Source: Betaproteobacteria bacterium (lineage in GTDB: Bacteria > Pseudomonadota > Gammaproteobacteria > Burkholderiales > Casimicrobiaceae). From it: a DNA stretch of 64,000 nucleotides. Both the position numbers and the translations under genes were made by a program. Positions 10,591-20,698 of this stretch are shown here, piece after piece. The stretch covers positions 93,888-157,887 of the forward strand of contig JADJWJ010000007.1 of the NCBI GenBank assembly GCA_016716425.1, given 5' to 3'. The notes beneath the pieces were generated by a model. It was not told where the DNA came from, did no database searches, and saw only the letters and a list, made by a program, of their open reading frames with translations. Each line of letters opens with the position of its first letter. Position 1 is the stretch's first letter.

Positions 10591-11154
10591 ATGGTCAGCA
10601 CCACGACTCCGCCCGGCGCCGCCGGTTGGCCGGCCGCGCCGTTCGACCTGCCCGGCACCGACGGCCGGCGGCACACGCTCGACTCCGTGCGCGGCCCGCA
10701 CGGCCTCGTCGTGATGTTCATCTGCAATCACTGCCCGTACGTGAAGGCCGTGATCGACAAGATCGCCCGCGACATGGCGGATCTGGCAGCACTGGGCGTG
10801 GGCAGCGTCGCGATCATGAGCAACGATCCGGCCGCGTACGAGGAGGACTCGTTCGAGAACATGAAGGTCGTCGCGGCACGCCACCGGTTCGGCTTCCCTT
10901 ACGTTCTCGACGAGACCCAGGAGGTTGCGAAGGCGTACGGCGCCGTGTGCACGCCCGACTTCTTCGGCTTCGACCGCGACCTGAAGCTCGCCTACCGCGG
11001 CCGCCTCGACGCCTCGGGCCGCTCGCCGAACCCCGACGCCCCACGCGAGCTGTACCCGGCCATGGCCGCCGTCGCGCGCGGCGAGCCGGCGCCCCCGACG
11101 CAGCATCCGTCGATCGGGTGCTCGATCAAATGGCGCAGCGAAGCCGGAACGTGA
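10591..11154 (+). CDS. Thioredoxin-fold (AhpC/TSA-like) protein with CxxC
   Basis: FICNHCPYV active-site-like motif. ATG 10591 is preceded by GGAGA. The longer ORF-track start is Arg-rich junk. Confidence 0.8.
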   Translation: MVSTTTPPGAAGWPAAPFDLPGTDGRRHTLDSVRGPHGLVVMFICNHCPYVKAVIDKIARDMADLAALGVGSVAIMSNDPAAYEEDSFENMKVVAARHRFGFPYVLDETQEVAKAYGAVCTPDFFGFDRDLKLAYRGRLDASGRSPNPDAPRELYPAMAAVARGEPAPPTQHPSIGCSIKWRSEAGT

Positions 11155-11212
11155 CCCGATCCGCGCACCCACGGAACGCTCCACGCGCTTCGAACCGGGG
11201 TGCCGCCCGCCG

Positions 11213-11233
11213 GCCGCACCGCGAAGGTGCGGC
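11213..11233 (+). terminator. Hairpin GCCGCACC-GCGAA-GGTGCGGC downstream of the thioredoxin-fold gene
   Basis: An 8-bp stem 60 nt after the stop. Only a weak distal T-run (GGGGTTTG). Confidence 0.3.
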
Positions 11234-11333
11234 GACGCCGGTGGGGTTTGTCGTGGGTCATGACGCGCCCGCCGCGACGGTACTACGCTGACGGGACTTT
11301 CCGAAGCGGCGCGCAACGCGACGCCCCGAACTC

Positions 11334-14024
11334 ATGGACAAACACTACCTGACCTCCCTGCTGGCGCCCGGGTCGATCGCCGTGTTTGCCGGCCGATCCG
11401 ACGATCCGGCAGGCCAGACGGCGGACGCCCGTGCGCTGCACGCGGCGCTGCGCGCGCAGCGCTACGCCGGCAAGCTCTGGTTCCTCGACATCCACACCAG
11501 CGGCACGCTGGGCGACCTCGCGCAGTCGCGCGCCGACCTCGCCATCATCGCGCTGCCGCCGCGCGACGCGGTGGCGGCGCTCGAGCTTGCCGGGCGCGTG
11601 GCCTGCCGCTCGGCGCTCGTGGTCGGCAGCGGCATCGACGCCGAGCACGCGGCCGAGCTGAAGCGCATCGCACGGCGCGAGGGCATCCACCTGCTCGGCC
11701 CGAACAGTCTCGGCTTCCAGCGCCCGCAACTGCAGCTCAACGCCAGCGTGATCGGCCCGCTCGCCAACGCCGGTCCGCTTGCGCTGGTCTCGCAGTCGGG
11801 CGCGCTGACGTCATCGATGCTGGACTGGGCCGCGGCCAACGCCGTGGGCTTTTCCCTCGTCGCGTCGCTCGGGCGCGGCACGGCCGTGGACATCGCGCAG
11901 GTGCTCGACTTCCTGGCGCACGACGCGCAGACGCAGAGCATCGTCGTCTACCTCGAGGGCATCTCCAGCGCGCGCTCGTTCATGAGCGCGCTGCGCTCGG
12001 CCGCCATCGCCAAGCCGGTGGTCATCCTCAAGTCGGGGCGCAAGCCGGCGGGCAACGAGGCGGCGCAGACGCACAGCGGAGCCATCGTCGGCAGCGACGA
12101 CGTGTTCGACGCCGCGCTGCGCCGCGCAGGCGCGGTGCGCGTGCGGTCGTTCGTCGAGCTCTTCTCGGCGGCGAAGTGCCTCGCCTCCCGCTATCGCCCG
12201 GTCGGCCGCCGCCTGGCGATCGTCACCAATGGCGGCGGGCCCGGCGTGCTGGCGGCCGACTGGGTGAACGAGCTCGGCCTCGATCTCGGCAAGCTGTCGG
12301 CCGAAACGGCGGGTGCGCTGCAGCCGCTGCTGCCGGAGTCCGCCTCGCTGTCCGATCTCGTCGATCTGTCCGAGCACGCGACGCCGGAGCACTTCCGCGC
12401 CGCCGTCGCTGCGGCGGACCAGGACTCCGCCGTCGACGGCGTGCTGGCGATCTATTCGCCGAAGGCGACCGACGGCGCCGAGGCGGTGGCGCGCACGCTG
12501 GTCGAGAGCCGGCGCGCGATGGGCAAGCCGCTGCTGACCTGCATGATGGGCGATGCCTCGGTGGGCGCGTCCCGCAGCGTCCTCAACGACGCGGCGATTC
12601 CCAGCTTCCGCACGCCCGAAGCCGCGGTCGGCGCCTTCGGCAACATCGCGTCGTACTACCGGAACCAGCAGCTGCTGCAGCAGACGCCGCCGCCGCTGTC
12701 CGCACTCGCGAAGCCGGACATCGACGCGGCGCGCCTCGTCATCGAGAGCGTCCTCGCGGAGCGGCGCCACGTGCTGACGGAGATGGAGTCCAAGGCGCTG
12801 CTGTCGGCGTTCAACGTTCCGGTGACCAACACGATGCTCGCGCGCAGCGCCAACGAGGCGATGATGATCGCGACGCAATTGGGCTTTCCGGTCGCGCTCA
12901 AGATCGATTCCCCCGACATCACGCACAAGTCGGACGCGCAGGGCGTGGCGCTCAACATCATCAACGGCACCGGCGCGCGCGACACCTACGGCGACATGGT
13001 GGAGCGCGTGCGGCGCCTGCACCCGGAGGCGCGCATCAACGGCGTGACCGTGCAGAAGATGGCGGGCGCGCGGCGCGGGCGCGAGATCTGCATCGGTCTC
13101 GTGACCGACGATCCGTTCGGCCCGGTGATCGTGTTCGGCGCCGGCGGCACGATGATCGAGCTGCTGAACGACCGCGCGATGGAGCTGCCGCCGCTCAACC
13201 AGTTTCTCGCGCGCCGCCTGATCGAGCGCTCGCGCGTCGCCGAGACGCTCGGCGAGTGGCGCGGCGCCCCGGCCGTCGCCATGGACGCGCTGGAGCAGGT
13301 GCTGCTGCGCGTCTCGGAGATGGTGTGCGAGCTGCCGCAGCTGCGCGAGATGGACATCAACCCGATCATCGTGGACGAGCACGGCGCGGTCGCGGTCGAC
13401 GCGCGCATCGTGATCGACAACGCGCCGCAGTCCGCCGTCGGCCGCTCGAACAGCTACCAGCACCTGGCGATCCTGCCCTACCCGGCGCGCCACGAGCAGG
13501 TGTGGCCGCTGCGCGGCGGCGGCCAGTACACGGTGCGGCCCATCCATCCGAACGACGCGCAGATGCTGCAGGGACTGATCCAGCACCTGTCGCCGGAGAG
13601 CCGGTACTCGCGGTTCGTGTCGTCGCTGCGCGAACTGCCGCCGTCGATGCTGGCCCGCTTTACGCTGATCGACTACGACCGCGAGATGGCGCTCGTGGCG
13701 GTGGTCAGGGAACGGCGCGCGAACGCCGACGGCGAGATGGTGGAAACCGAGCGCATCGTGGGCATCTCGCAGTACGTGACCAACGTCGACCAGACGAGCT
13801 GCGAGTTCTCGCTGGTCGTCGCCGACGATTTCAGCGGCAAGGGCCTGGGCTCGCGTCTGATGGAGAGCATCATGGACGTCGCCCGGGAGAAGGGCCTCGC
13901 GGAGATCGAGGGCCTGGTGCTGGCGAGGAACCCCGGCATGCTGAAGCTCATGAAGAGCCTGGGCTTCGCGATCAAGCCGTTCGCCGAGGACCACGACTTC
14001 ATGCTGGTGACGCACGCGCTGTGA
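11334..14024 (+). CDS. Pat/Pka-type protein: ADP-forming acyl-CoA synthetase-like domains fused to a C-terminal GNAT acetyltransferase
   Basis: 896 aa. It has CoA-binding and ATP-grasp-like regions, then a GNAT tail (FSGKGLGSRLMESIMDVAREKGL). Confidence 0.9.
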   Translation: MDKHYLTSLLAPGSIAVFAGRSDDPAGQTADARALHAALRAQRYAGKLWFLDIHTSGTLGDLAQSRADLAIIALPPRDAVAALELAGRVACRSALVVGSGIDAEHAAELKRIARREGIHLLGPNSLGFQRPQLQLNASVIGPLANAGPLALVSQSGALTSSMLDWAAANAVGFSLVASLGRGTAVDIAQVLDFLAHDAQTQSIVVYLEGISSARSFMSALRSAAIAKPVVILKSGRKPAGNEAAQTHSGAIVGSDDVFDAALRRAGAVRVRSFVELFSAAKCLASRYRPVGRRLAIVTNGGGPGVLAADWVNELGLDLGKLSAETAGALQPLLPESASLSDLVDLSEHATPEHFRAAVAAADQDSAVDGVLAIYSPKATDGAEAVARTLVESRRAMGKPLLTCMMGDASVGASRSVLNDAAIPSFRTPEAAVGAFGNIASYYRNQQLLQQTPPPLSALAKPDIDAARLVIESVLAERRHVLTEMESKALLSAFNVPVTNTMLARSANEAMMIATQLGFPVALKIDSPDITHKSDAQGVALNIINGTGARDTYGDMVERVRRLHPEARINGVTVQKMAGARRGREICIGLVTDDPFGPVIVFGAGGTMIELLNDRAMELPPLNQFLARRLIERSRVAETLGEWRGAPAVAMDALEQVLLRVSEMVCELPQLREMDINPIIVDEHGAVAVDARIVIDNAPQSAVGRSNSYQHLAILPYPARHEQVWPLRGGGQYTVRPIHPNDAQMLQGLIQHLSPESRYSRFVSSLRELPPSMLARFTLIDYDREMALVAVVRERRANADGEMVETERIVGISQYVTNVDQTSCEFSLVVADDFSGKGLGSRLMESIMDVAREKGLAEIEGLVLARNPGMLKLMKSLGFAIKPFAEDHDFMLVTHAL

Positions 14025-14154
14025 GGCCCGACCCGGCGGCGGCCGCCCCGGGCGGTCCCCGCCGTCGCAGACCGCCGCGCGCCGACCCGGTCCGCGCACG
14101 CGTCGATGCGCCGCGGCCCGTGCCCGCCGGAGCGCGTTGCCGGGACGTTGTCGC

Positions 14155-15291
14155 TCAGTCCTGCCCGGCAAGCTCGCCGACGACGGCGCCTTGCGGCCGG
14201 AACGGCCCACCCCGACGGAAGCCGTCGCTATCCGCCGCAGCGCTCCGGGCGGCAAGCGCCGCGGCCTCCGGATACGGCAGCGGCTCCTTCGTCTTGCCGA
14301 CGGCGAGCCGCTGCGTCGCGCCGTCGACGCGTACGGCGTACCGACCCATGTTGTAGAGCAGGTACATCGCGTACAGGTTGTCGACGTCCTCGTACTCTCC
14401 CTGCTCCCGGCGGAAGTCGCGCGACAGCACCGAGGGGAACCGGTTGGGGAGGTCGCGGAACGCCACCTTCTCGTCGTCGTGCGGGTCGACGAAGGTCGAG
14501 CCGTCGTACTTGCGGTACAGCACCACGTCCATCCGGTAGCCGCGCGCATGCCACTCGGCGACGAGCTTCATCGCCATCTCGGTCGGCACGTTGGAGTTGG
14601 CCGCCGCCACCACCCGCCGCCGGGAAAACAGCTTCGCGCTCGCGACGTCGAGGTCCGTGTAGCCGGCGCCGGTCTTGAACGCCGCGCCGATGGTCTTCGC
14701 GCAGTTGAGGCGCAGGTAGTCGTACCGGACCTCGCCGTCGTGGTAGTCGGTGTTCCGCGCACGGCGGCGGAAGTCGTCGTTGACGCGCGCGAAGAACGCC
14801 ACCAGCGCCGCCTTTTCCGCGGCCGGCACGCCGTAGACCCGGACACCGACGACCGAGCGCTTGTAGACTTCGCCGAAGTCGAGTCCGAACGACGCCTTCG
14901 GGCTCAGCGTCGACACGGTCCCGTACAGGTACTCCATCTTCGGGATCCGCACCATGAGCTCGTCGGTGTAGAAGTCGGCCGCATGCCCGGGGTCGCGGTC
15001 GGCGTAGAAGTTGGCCGAGTAGACGTGGTCGTCGCGGGGCGCATCGCCGCGAACGGCAAGCGCCAGGTGGCCGGCCGAGCCGCCCTTGGACGTGCCGAAG
15101 CTGATCAGCAGCTCGAGGTCCCACGGGTCCTGCCGCAGGTAGTCGGCGGCCTCGTCGAGGTTGCCTGGGACCGGCCCGCCGGGGCTGCCGAAATCGGCGG
15201 CGCCCGCCGCCACCGAAATCGCAAGCGCCGCCAGCGCGCACAGGGCCGCCGCCCGCGTCCGGCGAAAGTTCGCCGAGCGAGCGGCGCTCAT
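14155..15291 (-). CDS. Secreted hypothetical protein, possibly DUF4105/Lnb-N-like (GH ... NC motifs)
   Basis: Signal peptide MSAARSANFRRTRAAALCALAALAISVAAGAA. Motifs SAGHLALAV and RLNCAKT. Its ATG overlaps the stop of the upstream DUF2189-like gene (ATGA). The family assignment is from memory only. Confidence 0.55.
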   Translation of the reverse strand: MSAARSANFRRTRAAALCALAALAISVAAGAADFGSPGGPVPGNLDEAADYLRQDPWDLELLISFGTSKGGSAGHLALAVRGDAPRDDHVYSANFYADRDPGHAADFYTDELMVRIPKMEYLYGTVSTLSPKASFGLDFGEVYKRSVVGVRVYGVPAAEKAALVAFFARVNDDFRRRARNTDYHDGEVRYDYLRLNCAKTIGAAFKTGAGYTDLDVASAKLFSRRRVVAAANSNVPTEMAMKLVAEWHARGYRMDVVLYRKYDGSTFVDPHDDEKVAFRDLPNRFPSVLSRDFRREQGEYEDVDNLYAMYLLYNMGRYAVRVDGATQRLAVGKTKEPLPYPEAAALAARSAAADSDGFRRGGPFRPQGAVVGELAGQD

Positions 15292-16049
15292 TCGATCAAC
15301 GCGCGGTACGCGTGCCACGTCGCGTGCCCGATGACCGGCACCGCGACGACGAGCCCGACGAACCACGTCGCGAAGCCCAGCCCCACCAGCACGACGATCG
15401 CGAGGCCCCAGACGACCATCGCCGGCACGTTGGCCGAGAACGCCTTGAGGCTGGTCAGCACGGCGACGATGCCGTCGATGTTGCGGTCGAGCATCATCGG
15501 CACCGACACGACCGAGATCGCGAAGACGAGGACCGCGAAGAAGCCGCCGACGGCGAGGTAGGCCAGCAGGAATTCGAGGTTGTCGAGCGCGAAGATGCGC
15601 GCGGTGAAGTCCTCGACCGTCGGGATGTCCTGCGTGAAGAACAGCGCGAACACGATGAGCGACGCGCGCGCCCAGACGAGCAGGATCACGGCGAGCACCA
15701 GCGCGAACAGGCCGATCGCGCTCTTGTTCGGGCCCCACGCGTCGAGCGTGGGCGCGAGCCACGGCGGCTCGCCTCGCTCCCGCCGCCGCGACAGCGCGTA
15801 GAGGCCGATCGCGAAGAACGGTCCGACCAGGAAGAAGCCGGTGACGAGCGCCGATACGTACTGGTACGCGTGCCGGAACACGATGACGATCAGGAAGCCC
15901 ATCAGCGCGAAGCACGCGCCATAGAACATGGAGGGCAGCGGGTGCTCGCGAAAATCGCGCCAGCCGGCGGCGAGCCACGCGAACGGCGCGCCCGCGCCGA
16001 CCGTCCGGACGGCCGGCAGCGTGGAATGCGGTGCTTCGACTTCGGTCAA
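15288..16049 (-). CDS. DUF2189-like polytopic membrane protein
   Basis: Multiple TM helices. TTG 16049 has a GGAGG 5 nt upstream. The ORF-track ATG at 16112 lies inside a REP element and is unlikely to be the start. Confidence 0.65.
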   Translation of the reverse strand: MTEVEAPHSTLPAVRTVGAGAPFAWLAAGWRDFREHPLPSMFYGACFALMGFLIVIVFRHAYQYVSALVTGFFLVGPFFAIGLYALSRRRERGEPPWLAPTLDAWGPNKSAIGLFALVLAVILLVWARASLIVFALFFTQDIPTVEDFTARIFALDNLEFLLAYLAVGGFFAVLVFAISVVSVPMMLDRNIDGIVAVLTSLKAFSANVPAMVVWGLAIVVLVGLGFATWFVGLVVAVPVIGHATWHAYRALIE

Positions 16050-16105
16050 GGCGTCCTCCCGCCGTAATCGCAGCGCCGTTTCCGGCGCCGCGCACAATCT
16101 ATCCC

Positions 16106-16140
16106 GTGTCATCCCGAGCGCAGCGAGGGATCTGCATCAC
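16106..16140. repeat. REP family 1 copy: GTGTCATCCCGAGCGCAGCGAGGGATCTGCATCAC
   Basis: The same core recurs at 35002-35033 and twice at 40216-40300, and its terminal 13-mer recurs inverted at 40329-40341. It contains an internal ATCCC...GGGAT inverted repeat. Confidence 0.8.
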
Positions 16141-16171
16141 GGTCGCCAGCCAGCTCCTCCGGCGCGCGAAA

Positions 16172-16960
16172 TTACAGGAACGCGCGCAGCGCGTCGAGCA
16201 CCGCGTCGGGCTGCTCGGTCATCAGCGCGTGCCCGGTGCCCGGCAGCGTCACGGCGCGCTTGTCCGCGAGCGCGCCGAGCAGCGCCTGCGCGCCCTTCGG
16301 CGGCGCCATGAGGTCGCGTGCGCCCATGACGACGAGCGCCGGACAGCGGACGTCCGCGGCCGCCGCGAGTCCTCCGTCCCACGCATGGCACGCCATGAGG
16401 TCCGTGTGCAGCACGCCGGGCCGCGTGCGCTCCATGAGGCGCAGCGCGGCGCCGGTCATCCACATCCCGGGCACCTGGTTGCCGCCCAACTGCTTGCCCG
16501 CGCTGTGCGACCAGCCGTTGATGAGCTCGAACGCGACGTGGTCGTCGGCCTGCGCCGCCGCCAGCAGCGCGTCACTGACCGGCATCGGCACCGCAGGGCC
16601 GAGCAGCGCGATCCTCGTCACGCGCTGCGGATGGCACGCGGCGCACGCGAGCGCGGCAAGCGACCCCAGCGAGTGCCCGACCAGCGCCGCCGCCGCGATG
16701 CCCGCGGCGTCGAGCACGCGCGGCACCCAGCCGGCGATCGCGTCGACCGTCGGCAGCGCAGTGCCCCCGGAGCGCCCGTGGCCCGGGAGGTCGACGGCGA
16801 GGACGTTCGCTCCGTGGTGCGCGAAGTAGCGCGACTGCAGCGCCCACACGCTGTGGTCGTGCGCGGCGCCGTGGACGAAGACGACCGTGGGCTGCGCAGC
16901 GACCAGCGCGCGCGTGCCGGTGTACGCGTAGACGTCGTGGCCGTCGACGGTCAGGCGCAT
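16172..16960 (-). CDS. Alpha/beta-fold hydrolase
   Basis: GHSLGS nucleophile elbow, HGAAH region. Start at ATG 16960 (MRLTVDGHDVYAY). Confidence 0.85.
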   Translation of the reverse strand: MRLTVDGHDVYAYTGTRALVAAQPTVVFVHGAAHDHSVWALQSRYFAHHGANVLAVDLPGHGRSGGTALPTVDAIAGWVPRVLDAAGIAAAALVGHSLGSLAALACAACHPQRVTRIALLGPAVPMPVSDALLAAAQADDHVAFELINGWSHSAGKQLGGNQVPGMWMTGAALRLMERTRPGVLHTDLMACHAWDGGLAAAADVRCPALVVMGARDLMAPPKGAQALLGALADKRAVTLPGTGHALMTEQPDAVLDALRAFL

Positions 16961-17090
16961 CGGCGGCTCACTGGTGTCGCGCGCGCGGCGGCCTGGCCCG
17001 GGTCGACAGGTCCGGCTGCGGCCCCCGGGTCGACAGGATGACCTTCGCGCTGCGCGCTCCGGCATTCGCCCTCGGGGCGGCCCTTCGGGC

Positions 17091-18098
17091 TCATGCGGCG
17101 GCGACCGGCGCGTACGTCGCGGCCGAACCCGTAACGGGGGTCGGCACCGGGTTGCCGGAGACGAAGGCGTCGATGTTCGCGGACACCATGCGCTCCATCG
17201 CGGCCTGCGCTTCCAGCGTGCCGCCGCCGATGTGCGGCGTCAGGACGGCGTTCGGCAGCGCCAGCAGCTCCGGCGGCACGGCCGGCTCGCGCTCGAACAC
17301 GTCGAGGCCGGCGCCCGCGATGACGCCGTCGCGCAGCGCGGCGATCAGCGCGGCCTCGTCGATCACCGACCCGCGCGCGATGTTGACGACGTGGCCGTCG
17401 CGGCCGAGTGCGGCCAGCACCGACGCGTCGACCGTGTGGCGGTTGCTCGCGTCCGCACGCACGGCGACGACCAGCACGTCCGCCCACTGTGCGAGCGCGT
17501 GCAACGTCGGGAAGTACCGGTAATCGACGTCGGTTCGCGGCTTGCGGTTGTGGTAGCCGATCTCGGTTTCGAACGCCGCGGCACGGCGCGCGATCTTCTC
17601 GCCGATTGCCCCCAGACCGTAGATGCCCACACGCCGGCCCGTGAGCCCGCGCACCAGCGGCAGGTACAGCGGCGGCCGGACCGCCCAGTCGCCGCGGTGC
17701 AGGTATTCGGTGGCCGCGTACATGCGGCGAACGCTCGCGATCATCAGGCCCAGCGCGAGGTCGGCCACGGTCGCCGCGTTGGCGGCCGGGCTGTGCGTGA
17801 CCACGATCCCGCGCTCGCGCGCCGCGGCGACGTCGACCCCCTCGTAGCCGCTGCCGAGGCAGCAGACCAGGCCCAGCGCGGGCAACCGGTCCAGTTGGTC
17901 AGCGCCGACGTGGATCGTACCGAGCGAGACCAGCACGCGCACGCGCGCCGCGTCGGCCGCCGGCAGCGCGGCAATCGACTCGCGCAATGGTGAGGGCAGC
18001 GGCCCCAGCACGTCGAACCGCGGCGCCAGCGCATCGCGCATCCCGCCGAGCATCGGCGTGGCGAGCAGGACAGCGGTCCGGGCGTCGGGTACGCTCAC
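17091..18098 (-). CDS. D-isomer-specific 2-hydroxyacid dehydrogenase (glyoxylate/hydroxypyruvate reductase-like)
   Basis: GLGAIGEKIA Rossmann motif and the NIARG...D...H catalytic region. Confidence 0.9.
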   Translation of the reverse strand: MSVPDARTAVLLATPMLGGMRDALAPRFDVLGPLPSPLRESIAALPAADAARVRVLVSLGTIHVGADQLDRLPALGLVCCLGSGYEGVDVAAARERGIVVTHSPAANAATVADLALGLMIASVRRMYAATEYLHRGDWAVRPPLYLPLVRGLTGRRVGIYGLGAIGEKIARRAAAFETEIGYHNRKPRTDVDYRYFPTLHALAQWADVLVVAVRADASNRHTVDASVLAALGRDGHVVNIARGSVIDEAALIAALRDGVIAGAGLDVFEREPAVPPELLALPNAVLTPHIGGGTLEAQAAMERMVSANIDAFVSGNPVPTPVTGSAATYAPVAAA

Positions 18099-18114
18099 TG
18101 GAGTGCCTTCGCGC

Positions 18115-19419
18115 TCATGCCTTGCCCGCCGCGTACAGCGCGCGCGACAGGTCCTCGATCAGGTCGTCGGGGTCCTCGAGGCCGATCGACAGGCGGATCG
18201 TCCCCTCGGTGATGCCCGCCTTGACGAGGTCCTCCGCCGACATCCGGAAATGCGTCGTGGAGGCGGGGTGGATCACCAGCGACTTCGCGTCGCCGACGTT
18301 GGCGAGGTGCGAGAAGAGGTTGAGCGACTCGATGAGTTTGCGGCCCTGCGCACGCGTGCCCCGGATCGCGAAGCTGAACACGGCGCCGCAGCCGCGCGGC
18401 AGCAGTTCCTGCGCCAGCGCGTGGTCCGGGTGCTGCGGCAGCTCCGGGTAGCCGACGGAGGCCACGAACGGATGCTCGGCCAGGAACGCGACGACCTTCC
18501 GCGCGTTGGCCACGTGTTTCTCCATCCGCAGCGGCAGCGTCTCGATCCCCTGCAGGATCTGAAACGCGGTGAACGGCGCCATGCAGGCGCCGAAGTCGCG
18601 GATGCCTTCGCGCCGCGCGCGCAGCAGGAACGCCGCCGTCGTCGACTCCTCGGCGAACACCATGTCGTGGAAGCCGTGGTACGGCTCGGTCAGTGTCGGG
18701 AACTTTCCGCGCGCCGCGCCCGCGTCCCAGTCGAACCTGCCGGAGTCGACCAGCAGCCCGCCGATCACGACACCGTGGCCGGACAGGAACTTGGTCGCCG
18801 AGTGGAAGACCAGGTCGGCGCCCAGGTCGAACGGGCGCACGAGGTACGGCGTGGTGAACGTCGAGTCGACGAGCAGCGGCAGCCCGTGCTCGTGCGCGAG
18901 GGCGGACACCTTCGGGATGTCGAGCACCTCGAGGCCCGGGTTGCCGAGCGTCTCGCCGAACAGCAGGCGCGTTTCCGGCCGGATCGCCGCGCGCCACGCG
19001 GCCAGGTCGCGCGGGTCGACGAACGTCGTGGTCACGCCGAAGCGCGGCAACGTGTAATCGAGCAGGTTGTGCGAGCCGCCGTAGAGCGACCGCGACGCGA
19101 CGACGTGCGCGCCGGCACCCAGCAGCGTGACGATGGCCAGGTGCAGCGCCGCCTGCCCGCTGGCGGTGGCGATCGCGCCCACGCCGCCTTCCAGCGCCGC
19201 GATGCGCTCCTCCAGCACCGCCACCGTCGGATTCGAGATCCGCGAGTAGACGTGGCCGGCGCGCTCCATGTTGAAGAGCGCCGCCGCGTGGTCGCTGTCC
19301 GGAAACACGAACGACGCCGTCTGGTAGATCGGCGTCGCGCGCGCGCCCGTCGCCGGGTCGGGCACGGCGCCCGCGTGCAGCGAAAGCGTGTCGAACTTGT
19401 GCGTCTTCGGCTTGGTCAT
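18115..19419 (-). CDS. metY: O-acetylhomoserine aminocarboxypropyltransferase (sulfhydrylase)
   Basis: MTKPKTHKFDTLSLHAG N-terminus and a PLP-lysine region SATKFLSGHG. A TAGAAT -10 candidate lies at 19446-19451 on the minus strand. Confidence 0.9.
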   Translation of the reverse strand: MTKPKTHKFDTLSLHAGAVPDPATGARATPIYQTASFVFPDSDHAAALFNMERAGHVYSRISNPTVAVLEERIAALEGGVGAIATASGQAALHLAIVTLLGAGAHVVASRSLYGGSHNLLDYTLPRFGVTTTFVDPRDLAAWRAAIRPETRLLFGETLGNPGLEVLDIPKVSALAHEHGLPLLVDSTFTTPYLVRPFDLGADLVFHSATKFLSGHGVVIGGLLVDSGRFDWDAGAARGKFPTLTEPYHGFHDMVFAEESTTAAFLLRARREGIRDFGACMAPFTAFQILQGIETLPLRMEKHVANARKVVAFLAEHPFVASVGYPELPQHPDHALAQELLPRGCGAVFSFAIRGTRAQGRKLIESLNLFSHLANVGDAKSLVIHPASTTHFRMSAEDLVKAGITEGTIRLSIGLEDPDDLIEDLSRALYAAGKA

Positions 19420-19483
19420 TGGAGGGCAGGTGCGGGCCCATCGGCATTCTAGGCGGATTCGCGCGCGGGCGTAAAATCGCGCG

Positions 19484-20698
19484 ATGAAGACGCGCCACCC
19501 GCCCACGAGGGCGAGTCCCGCTGCCCGACCGTGCACCGGGCGCGGCAGAGCGCGGCCGGGGTGCCACGTTCAACCCCGGCAACCGGTTCCGCCGCGAAGA
19601 GCGCGAGGCGGTCGACGACGGCTGGGCGCCCTCGGTCGACGACGATGCCGACGCACCGCCGAAGCTCAAGACCATCGTCACCATCCAGCGCGCACGGACG
19701 ATCATCGCGCGCAACGACTCGCCCGACATCCCGTTCACGCAGTCGATCAACCCCTACCAGGGCTGCGAGCACGGCTGCGTCTACTGCTACGCGCGGCCGT
19801 CGCACGCGTACCTCGACCTGTCGCCGGGCCTCGACTTCGAGAGCCGGCTGTTCGCGAAGCCCGACGCCGCCGCGCTGCTGCGCGCGGAGCTCGGCAAGCC
19901 CCGCTACGTCTGCGACCCGATCGCGCTCGGCAGCAACACCGACCCGTACCAGCCGATCGAGCGCGAGTGGCGGGTCACGCGGCAGATCCTCGAGGTGCTC
20001 GCCGAGCACCAGCACCCGTTCACAATCGTCACCAAGTCGGCGCTGGTCGAGCGCGACGTCGACCTGATCGCGCCGATGGCCGCGAAGAACATGGCGCGCG
20101 TCTACGTGTCGATCACCACCCTCGACCGCGACCTCGCGCGCACGCTGGAGCCGCGCGCGCCGGCCCCGCCGCGGAGGCTGCAGGCGATCCGCACGCTCGC
20201 CGACGCGGGCATCCCGGTCGGCGTGCTGACCGCACCGGTGATCCCCGCGCTGAACGACCGCGATCTGGAGGCGATCCTCGAGGCCGCGGCCGCGCACGGC
20301 GCGACTTCCGCCGGCTGGATCCTGCTGCGGCTGCCGCACGAGATCGCGCCGCTCTTCCGCGCGTGGCTCGACGCGCACGTGCCGCTGCGCGCCGCGCACG
20401 TGATGAGCCTCGTCCGCCAGTTGCGCGGCGGCCGCGACAACGACCCGCGGTTCGGTGCGCGGATGCGCGGGTCGGGCATCTATTACGAGCTGATCGAGCA
20501 GCGCTTCGCGCTGGCGTGCAAGCGTCTTGGCCTCGGCCGCGACCGGACCGCGTCGCTCGACACGTCGCGGTTCCGGCCACCGCGCGCGCGGGCACGGCCC
20601 GCGCGGCCTTGGCCCTCCCGAACCCGATGCAGACTGACGGCCGGCCCGTGCCGCCGGCGATCCCGGCGCGCGCACTGCGCAATCGGAGGAGACCATGA
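19484..20698 (+). pseudogene. PA0069-family radical SAM protein with the reading frame broken twice
   Basis: The core (GRGATFNPGNRF ... CEHGCVYCYARPSH ...) is in frame 0 from 19488. That frame has no ATG/GTG/TTG start before 19995 and no stop before 21305. The ATG at 19484 and the stop at 20696-20698 (ATGA overlap with the next gene) are both in frame 2. GC3 favours frame 2 at both ends. Confidence 0.7.

Noticed and set aside
6093-11291. 1732-aa ORF on the plus strand
   Set aside because: It spans four well-supported minus-strand genes (PLD, ABC, metallophosphoesterase, rsmE) and the start of a plus-strand gene in another frame. Its composition is low-complexity and Arg-rich. This is a GC artefact.
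19420-19483. SAM-type riboswitch upstream of metY
   Set aside because: The candidate -10 (TAGAAT at 19446-19451, minus strand) leaves a leader of only about 20 nt. That is too short for any known SAM riboswitch class.
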